Below are positions 9,782-17,614 of a DNA stretch of 64,000 bases, piece by piece (position 1 is the first letter of the stretch; the number at the start of each line of letters is the position of its first letter). Source of the stretch: an uncultured Planctomycetota bacterium (GTDB lineage Bacteria; Planctomycetota; PLA2; JAEUHO01). The stretch covers positions 480,001 through 544,000 of the forward strand of contig CAVVXN010000001.1 of the NCBI GenBank assembly GCA_963752285.1, in the 5' to 3' direction. The notes below the pieces were generated by a model. It saw only the letters and a program-made list of their open reading frames with translations, did no database searches and was not told where the DNA came from. The position numbers and the translations under genes were made by a program.

Positions 9782-9859
9782 TCGAGAGCCCCGGCCGACC
9801 CGCCTCGAATCGCGCGCGGCCGCCGCCCGCTACCCGCCGCCCGGGGCGCGCGCCCCGTC

Positions 9860-11731
<1,872 letters not shown>

Positions 11732-11847
11732 GCCGTGGAAGGTAACCTCCGGACGCCGACCTCGGCCCCGGGTCCGGGACCCGCGCCGCGGGCGGGGCGG
11801 ATCCGCTTGAGCCGGGCCCGTCCGCTGGTCGATGGGGGGGAGTCGTC

Positions 11848-12243
11848 ATGACCTCGTCAGGCCGCCGTCTCTCGCAGCGAAACCGCCTCGAGCGTCCCGT
11901 CGAGGCCACGCTCGGCCTTTGCACCGAGGGCCGCGTCTTCGGCTGGATCGTGGACGAGCAGGACGACGGCATCGGGATGGTCTTCGGCGGCGCGGACGTC
12001 TCCCGGATGGTCGCGCACCGCGACTGCTGCCTCCGGGCCGAGATCGACCTCTGGCTCGTGGACGACCCGACGCTCGACCCCACCCGGCCGATCCCGATGC
12101 GGCTCGCGCACGTGACGCCCTCGGACGACGAGAAGACCTGCCGGGCGGGTCTCGCATTCGACGTCGGCCGCATGCAGCCGCAGGACATCGTCCACCTGCT
12201 GGGCATCTGGCGCCGCCTCGTTCCGGCCACCGAGCGCGCCTGA
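11848..12243 (+). CDS. Small PilZ-like domain protein (degenerate motifs)
   Basis: GGGAG RBS; N-terminal RLSQR (RxxxR), then DEQDDG in place of DxSxxG, and C-terminal AGLAF strand. Confidence 0.5.
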   Translation: MTSSGRRLSQRNRLERPVEATLGLCTEGRVFGWIVDEQDDGIGMVFGGADVSRMVAHRDCCLRAEIDLWLVDDPTLDPTRPIPMRLAHVTPSDDEKTCRAGLAFDVGRMQPQDIVHLLGIWRRLVPATERA

Positions 12244-12271
12244 GTCCCGCGCGAAGCGGGCGGGCCTCCGG

Positions 12272-12631
12272 TTACGTCGGGACGGGCGTCCAGCCCTCCG
12301 ATACGAGGCGTCCGAGGACCTCCGGGTCCTCCCGGCGCGCGCCCGCGCGGAGCGCCCCTTTGTCGAATCCCCGCTGGTCCAGGCAGCGGCCCGCGCAGTA
12401 GATCCCTCCGCCCCGCTCCGCGATCCGGTCGAGGTGCTCCCACGGCGTCCCGGGCCCGGGCTCGCGGAGGGTCTCCGCCACGCCGCGCACGCCGAGGCGC
12501 ACGCCCTCCGAGTGGAGCCAGAGCGCGACCTCGTGTCCCGCGTCCGCGGCGCGCGCCGCCGCGTGGAGCGCCGACGCCGCGCGGTCCGGGTCGTCGGTCG
12601 AATGGGCGAGGACGTAGAGGAGCCGGCTCAC
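12272..12631 (-). CDS. DsrE/DsrF-like family protein
   Basis: GTG 12631; LLYVLAHSTDDPDRA..GHEVALWLHSEGV..IYCAGRCLDQRG matches the DsrE-like pattern with conserved Cys. Confidence 0.75.
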   Translation of the reverse strand: MSRLLYVLAHSTDDPDRAASALHAAARAADAGHEVALWLHSEGVRLGVRGVAETLREPGPGTPWEHLDRIAERGGGIYCAGRCLDQRGFDKGALRAGARREDPEVLGRLVSEGWTPVPT

Positions 12632-12687
12632 GCGGGGCGGAGGATACCCGTCGGGCTGCCCGGCGGGAATCGGGGAAGCAGCCCCCA

Positions 12688-12728
12688 TACGAAGACGGCG
12701 ACCCGCCCCGTAGAGGAGCGGGTCGCCG
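12688..12728 (-). terminator. Probable intrinsic terminator after the 13520-12780 gene
   Basis: Perfect 11-bp stem CGGCGACCCGC (12696-12706) / GCGGGTCGCCG (12718-12728), followed on the minus strand by TCTTCGTAT. Confidence 0.6.
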
Positions 12729-12779
12729 CAGGTATCGAGACTTCGAAGAGGAGCCCGGGTGCGTCCCGGGCGTCGCGGA

Positions 12780-13520
12780 TCAGGCGGCCTCGACCTCCAT
12801 CTGGAAGAGGTCCTTCTGCTCGCCTTCGGCCTTCTTCTGGCGCGCGTCGAGGTCTTCCTTCTCCTTGGCGATCTTCTTCGCCTCGGAGTCGTTCACCCCA
12901 CGCTGCTCCTTGTCCGAGAGGATCTGGCGCTCCTTCGCGATCTTGTCGAACTCGTTCAGCACCTTCCGCAGCGCGCCCACGTTGCGGTCGAGGTTGCCCT
13001 TGTACGACTTCTTCGCGCACTTCTGCATCGCCGACCAGATCTTCGATCCGCTGACCTTCTTGCCGTCGATGACCTCGACGACGTCGTAGTCCACGTCGAT
13101 GAAGACCATGCGCGGCGCGTCGTCACCGGTGTCGGCGAGGAGCTTGTCCTTCGCGGCCAGCTCGGGCGACACCTTGACGCAGCGGAAGAACTTCGAGCCG
13201 ATCCGGACCTTGTCCGGGTCCAGCGCGATCTTGTCGATCTTCGCCATCGCGTCCGCGTCGCCGTCCGCAACGACGTACACCCACATCGGGCGATCGAGCC
13301 GCTCCTTCGCCTCGGGACGGGCCGCGACGGGCGTCGCGGTCGAGTCGTCCGACGGCGTGACCTCGGCGTTGTTCGGTGCGATGTGCTGAGCGCTCTCCCA
13401 CTGGATCGTGAGGACGGCCATACTGGCCGCCGAACGACCTCAGCACCCTCCGATCGCGGTCTGCTGGACGCCCAGCAGCGCCACGGCGGACACCGCCGCC
13501 AGCATGAAGACCTTGCGCAT
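12780..13520 (-). CDS. Candidate secreted selenoprotein (246 aa; Sec27 at UGA 13442-13440; G-C-U-G motif) with thioredoxin-like domain and C-terminal coiled coil
   Basis: Track ORFs 13440..13649 and 12780..13421 are in the same frame and separated only by one TGA. ATG 13520 has an AGGAG RBS and encodes signal peptide MRKVFMLAAVSAVALLGVQQTAIG-GC-UGA-GRSAASMAVL. A SECIS-like hairpin follows immediately. Confidence 0.75.
13404..13439 (-). promoter_or_regulatory. Candidate bacterial SECIS element 1
   Basis: UGA-GGUCGU-UC-GGCGGCC-AGUAU-GGCCGUC-CUC-ACGAUC: 6-bp lower stem, internal loop, 7-8-bp upper stem. The apical loop contains GU and begins 16 nt after the UGA. Confidence 0.7.
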
Positions 13521-13689
13521 CCGTCGCTCCTCTCTTCCTCGACGAAACCTGCCCGGGGGCGGACACCTGGACCGACCCGGGTCTTCCATGAGCATAGCCG
13601 ATCCGACCCCCGGATGCGAACCGGCGACACCGATCAAAACGACGTGCACGGCCGCCGTGTTTCACCCCAGGGCCCCGATCTCGTCGATT

Positions 13690-13970
13690 CTAGGGTCGAA
13701 AGACCCGGCTCGACGCCCCGCTCGGGGGTGGCGGGAAAGGGGACGGCCGGGCGGGCAGCGGGAGGGTGAGAGGGAGGAGGCAGGGACACCACGTCCTGCC
13801 GGCATCCGCCCGACCGTCCAAGGAGGTCGAGGGGACCGAGCCCGGGGCGCGGGGGGCGCGACAGGGAGGGAGGGGAGGGAGGGAGGAGAGACGCCGCGCC
13901 TCTCTCACCACGACACCCGGGACTCGGCTCCTCGGAAATCGAAAAGATCCCGCGGGCACGGGCCCGCTCG
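13690..13970 (-). ncRNA. Candidate structured CCUCCC-rich small RNA or long 5' leader
   Basis: Non-coding stretch downstream of a sigma54 motif, with hairpins (GAGAGA..UCUCUC, GGCAGG..CCUGCC, GGGUC..GACCC) alternating with CUCCC repeats. Boundaries approximate. Confidence 0.35.
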
Positions 13971-13981
13971 GTGAGGACCTC

Positions 13982-13996
13982 GCACTCGGCGTGCCA
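13982..13996 (-). promoter_or_regulatory. Candidate sigma54 (-24/-12) promoter
   Basis: Minus strand TGGCAC-GCCGA-GTGC (GG-N10-GC), one mismatch to TGGCAC-N5-TTGC, in an intergenic region. Confidence 0.65.
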
Positions 13997-14241
13997 AAGA
14001 ACGTGGACCGCGCGGGGCCCATTTTCCGGAGGGAGCCGCGGCGGGCGTCCGCGCGGTTCTCCGTCCCGACACGCCGATGTGGCCGGCCCCGCACGGTGTA
14101 CCGGGAAGGCGCGCTCCCGGAACACCTCGGCGCCGGGGGCGTCGACCCTCGAGGGCTGCGCCGTCGGATGCCGGCGGCCCGTGCCGGTCGCGCGTCGGAC
14201 GGCCGGCAATTCCCGCAGGTCGAGGGAGTAGGATCGGGGCG

Positions 14242-14463
14242 ATGACGTGAACGCCGCTCTCCGGGCGGAAGTTGTTCGCCCTCCTCCTCCTGACCGCCGT
14301 CGGCGCGGCCGTCTACGGCGTTCCCGGCGCGCTGGCGGGCTACGTGGCCGGGTCCCTCCTCGGCGCGTTCCTCCCGAGCCGCGAGGCCGGCGCTTGCGAC
14401 GTCGGCGCGCGTCCGGCGCCGCGAGCCCTCCTCGGGCCGCCCCCCCGTTCCGACGAGGGCTGA
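14242..14463 (+). CDS. Candidate small membrane selenoprotein (73 aa; M-T-Sec-TPLSGRK-[TM]-[TM]-..GACDV); otherwise a 63-aa protein from TTG 14272
   Basis: ATG(14242) ACG TGA(14248-14250) is in frame with track ORF 14272..14463. GAGGGAG lies upstream of the ATG and a SECIS-like hairpin follows the UGA. Confidence 0.55.
14263..14281 (+). promoter_or_regulatory. Candidate bacterial SECIS element 2
   Basis: GGGCGGA-AGUUG-UUCGCCC, a 7-bp stem with a 5-nt loop starting AGU at nt 20 after the UGA. Confidence 0.5.
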
Positions 14464-14604
14464 GCGCTCCGCTCCGTTGGCTCGCCGGTCCGCGCGGGGG
14501 ACGGCGACCGGGCCGTTCGGCCCGATCGCCAACTCGTACAATCCGCTCGCTCCGCGCGGCGCCGTGCCCGGTCGCACGTTCGGCCGCACGCGGGGGGAGG
14601 CTCC

Positions 14605-16248
14605 ATGCGGGTTCGTCTCGCCCCGTTCGCCGCCGCCGTCCTCTCGCTCGGCCTCGCGATCGGCGCACGGGGGCCGCTCGCTCGGGGCGAGGGCGAGACG
14701 GGCGCGCGCGCCGGGTCGGACGCGGAGTCGGCCCGGATCCTCCACCTGCTCCGGCGCGCGACGTTCGGCCCCCGGACCGAGGACGTGGAGGAGGTGCGCC
14801 GCCTCGGCCGCGAGGCCTGGGTGGACCGTCAGCTCCGTCCGGAGGAGATCCCGGACCGTGAGGTGGACGAGCGCCTCGGGGGCTACGAGTCGCTCGGGCT
14901 CTCGACCTCCGAGTACCTCGCGCGGCTCGACGCCGGCCCCGCGCCGCCCCGCGTCCCCGGGCGGGGCGAGAACCCCGACGAGGTGGCGCGCCGCCGCGTG
15001 CGCGACGTGCAACGCCTGCGGAGCCTCGGCGCGAAAGAGGTGCCCGAGAGCGTCCTGCTCCGCGCCGTCTACTCGCGACGCCAGCTCCAGCAGGTGATGT
15101 GCGAGTTCTGGCGGAACCACTTCAACGTGGACGTCAACAAGGACGACGTGCGGTACTACGTCGCCGACTGGGAGCGCGAGGTGCTCCAGAAGCGGGTGTT
15201 CGGGAGCTTCGAGGACCTGCTGCTCGCGACGGCCAGGCACCCCGCGATGCTCTTCTACCTCGACAACCACGTCTCCCAGGCGCCGCGCGCCCGGGGCGAG
15301 AAGGTGCTCCAGGGACACGAGAAGCAGGACCGGACCGACGGCCTGAACGAGAACTACGCCCGGGAGCTGATGGAGCTCCACACCGTCGGCGTGGACAACG
15401 GCTACACCCAGGACGACGTGATCCAGCTCGCTCTCGTCCTGACGGGCTGGTCGATCGGGGGCCAGGGTGGAGACCGCGGCGCGTTCACGTTCCGCGCGGG
15501 CTACCACGCGGGGGGCCGGAAGCGCGTGATGGGGAAGACCGTCAAGGACGGCGGCGTCGAGGAGGGCGAGGAGGTCCTCCGCTACCTCGCCCACCATCCG
15601 AACACGCGGCGTTTCGTCTGCACGAAGCTCGTGCGCTACCTCGTCGCCGACGACCCGCCGCCCGCGATCGTCGACGCCGCGGTCGCGGCCTGGAAGAAGA
15701 CGAAGGGCGACCTCGGCGCCGTGGTGCGCGCGATCCTCCTCCATCCCGACTTCGACGCGCCCGGGAACGTCCTCGCGAAGGCCCGCACGCCGTTCGAGAT
15801 GGTGGCGGCGACGCTCCGCGCGACGCGCGCGGACGTGAAGGACCCCGGCGCCCTCCTGGCGCGCCTGGCGGACATGGACGAGCCGCTCTACCAGTGCCAG
15901 GACCCCACGGGCTACAGCGACCGCGCGGCGGACTGGACCGACGCCGGCGCCCTCGCCGTTCGCTGGACGTACGCGCGGGACCTCGTGGACGGGAGGATCC
16001 CCGGCGTCTCGATCGAGGACAGCCCGATCTTCGCCCTCGTCCGGGACGGGCCGCCCGCGTGGGAGGACGCGCTCGTCGGCGCCCTCTTCGCCGGCCAGAC
16101 GCCGTCGCTCGCGACGCTCGCGCCGATCCGGCGCCGGCTCGTCCGCCTGGAGCCGGGATGGCGGACGCTCGCGCCCGACGCGCGGGTCCAGGCGTTCCGA
16201 GACGTGGTGACGCTGATGCTCGGGTCGACCGACTTCCAGCGGCAGTGA
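14605..16248 (+). CDS. DUF1800 family protein
   Basis: HLLRRATFGP, QLQQVMCEFWRNHFNV, HPAMLFYLDN, NENYARELMELHTVG, HPNTRRFVCTKLVRYLV. Confidence 0.9.
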   Translation: MRVRLAPFAAAVLSLGLAIGARGPLARGEGETGARAGSDAESARILHLLRRATFGPRTEDVEEVRRLGREAWVDRQLRPEEIPDREVDERLGGYESLGLSTSEYLARLDAGPAPPRVPGRGENPDEVARRRVRDVQRLRSLGAKEVPESVLLRAVYSRRQLQQVMCEFWRNHFNVDVNKDDVRYYVADWEREVLQKRVFGSFEDLLLATARHPAMLFYLDNHVSQAPRARGEKVLQGHEKQDRTDGLNENYARELMELHTVGVDNGYTQDDVIQLALVLTGWSIGGQGGDRGAFTFRAGYHAGGRKRVMGKTVKDGGVEEGEEVLRYLAHHPNTRRFVCTKLVRYLVADDPPPAIVDAAVAAWKKTKGDLGAVVRAILLHPDFDAPGNVLAKARTPFEMVAATLRATRADVKDPGALLARLADMDEPLYQCQDPTGYSDRAADWTDAGALAVRWTYARDLVDGRIPGVSIEDSPIFALVRDGPPAWEDALVGALFAGQTPSLATLAPIRRRLVRLEPGWRTLAPDARVQAFRDVVTLMLGSTDFQRQ

Positions 16249-16267
16249 GCAGACCCAAGGGAGCCCC

Positions 16268-17560
16268 ATGGCCATTTCTCGACGCGATCTCCTCCGGGCG
16301 GGCGCCCTCGGCGCGGCCGCCGCGGGCCTCGGCGGCCCCCTCGCACGACGCGTGATGGCTGCGCCGGATCCCGAGGTCTCCGCGCGGCGCGTTCTCGTGG
16401 CGGTGTTCCTCCGCGGCGGGCAGGACGGCCTGAACGTGCTCGTCCCGTACGCGGACCCCCGCTATCCGGAGCTCCGTCCCAACATCCACCTCCCGCCGCC
16501 CGGCGAGGACGGCGGGGTCCTCGACCTCGACGGCACGTTCGGGCTCCATCCCGCCTTGACGGGGCTGAAGCGGCTCTACGACGAGAAGCTCCTCGCGCCC
16601 ATCGTCTGCGTGGGCTCGCCCCATCCCACCCGTTCGCACTTCGACGCGCAGGACTTCATGGAGTACGGCGCGCCCGGCGACCGGCTGGTGAAGACGGGCT
16701 GGCTCAACCGCTATCTCGAGGCGACCGCGCCCGCGGCCGGCCCCGACGCGTCGCTCCGGGGCGTCGCGATGCAGCGCCGCCTGCCCCGGTCGCTCCGCGG
16801 AGCCTATCCGGCGCTCGCCGTGCCGGCGTCCCTCGGCCTCGGCTCGCGACGGCCGCGCGACGGCGACGGGGACGACGTCCTCGACCTCTTCGACCCGCTC
16901 TACGGTCAGCCCGACGCGGCGGCGATGGGCGGAACGCGTCCGGACGAGGACCGCCTGGAGGCCGCCGGCCGCACCACGATCGAGACCTTGAAGCGGCTCG
17001 AGGACGTCCTCGCGTCCACCGGCGGGCGGTCCGCCGCGAGGTGGCCGTCCGACGCGGGCCCGCTCGGAGAGCCGCTCCGCCGGACCGCCCGCCTGCTCCA
17101 GGCCGGGCAGGGCACCGAGGTCGTCGCCGTGGACTGGAACGGATGGGACCACCACATCGGCGAAGGCGGGCCCGGCGAGGAGGGGCAGCTCCCCCGGATG
17201 CTCGGGCAGCTCGACCGCGCGATCACCGCCTTCTTCGAGGAGCTCCGTCCGATGCGCGCCACGGTCACGATGCTCCTCATGACGGAGTTCGGACGCACGA
17301 ACGCCGAGAACGGGAACCGCGGCACGGACCACGGCCACGCCAGCCTGATGCTCGCCATCGGCGGGCGCGTGAAGGGCGGGAAGGTCCACGGCGAGTGGAC
17401 GACGCTCGCGCCGGGCAAGACCTACGAGAACCGCGATCTCGTGGTCACGACCGACTTCCGCACGGTGTTTTGCGAGACGCTGACCGACTTCCTGCGCCTG
17501 CCGGCCGACCGCGAGGTCTTCCCGGGGTTCACCGGCGCGCGGAAGCTCGGTCTGTTCTGA
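16268..17560 (+). CDS. DUF1501 family Tat-exported protein
   Basis: SRRDLL Tat motif; FLRGGQDGLN, RSHFDAQ, GWDHH, TEFGRT..NGNRGTDHGHA; usual partner of DUF1800. Confidence 0.9.
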   Translation: MAISRRDLLRAGALGAAAAGLGGPLARRVMAAPDPEVSARRVLVAVFLRGGQDGLNVLVPYADPRYPELRPNIHLPPPGEDGGVLDLDGTFGLHPALTGLKRLYDEKLLAPIVCVGSPHPTRSHFDAQDFMEYGAPGDRLVKTGWLNRYLEATAPAAGPDASLRGVAMQRRLPRSLRGAYPALAVPASLGLGSRRPRDGDGDDVLDLFDPLYGQPDAAAMGGTRPDEDRLEAAGRTTIETLKRLEDVLASTGGRSAARWPSDAGPLGEPLRRTARLLQAGQGTEVVAVDWNGWDHHIGEGGPGEEGQLPRMLGQLDRAITAFFEELRPMRATVTMLLMTEFGRTNAENGNRGTDHGHASLMLAIGGRVKGGKVHGEWTTLAPGKTYENRDLVVTTDFRTVFCETLTDFLRLPADREVFPGFTGARKLGLF

Positions 17561-17614
17561 GCGGTGCGTCGCTCGACCGCCGGGGCGCGCGCGCCGCCGC
17601 GCCCGGCCCGGCGG

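Noticed and set aside
13440..13649. 69-aa ORF as an independent small protein
   Set aside because: Only its last 26 codons look coding (RBS plus signal peptide), and they are better explained as the 5' end of the read-through gene.
13766..14245. 159-aa ORF (and other overlapping ORFs) filling the 13520-14242 intergenic region
   Set aside because: Low-complexity translation of purine tracts with no motifs, overlapping promoter-like elements.
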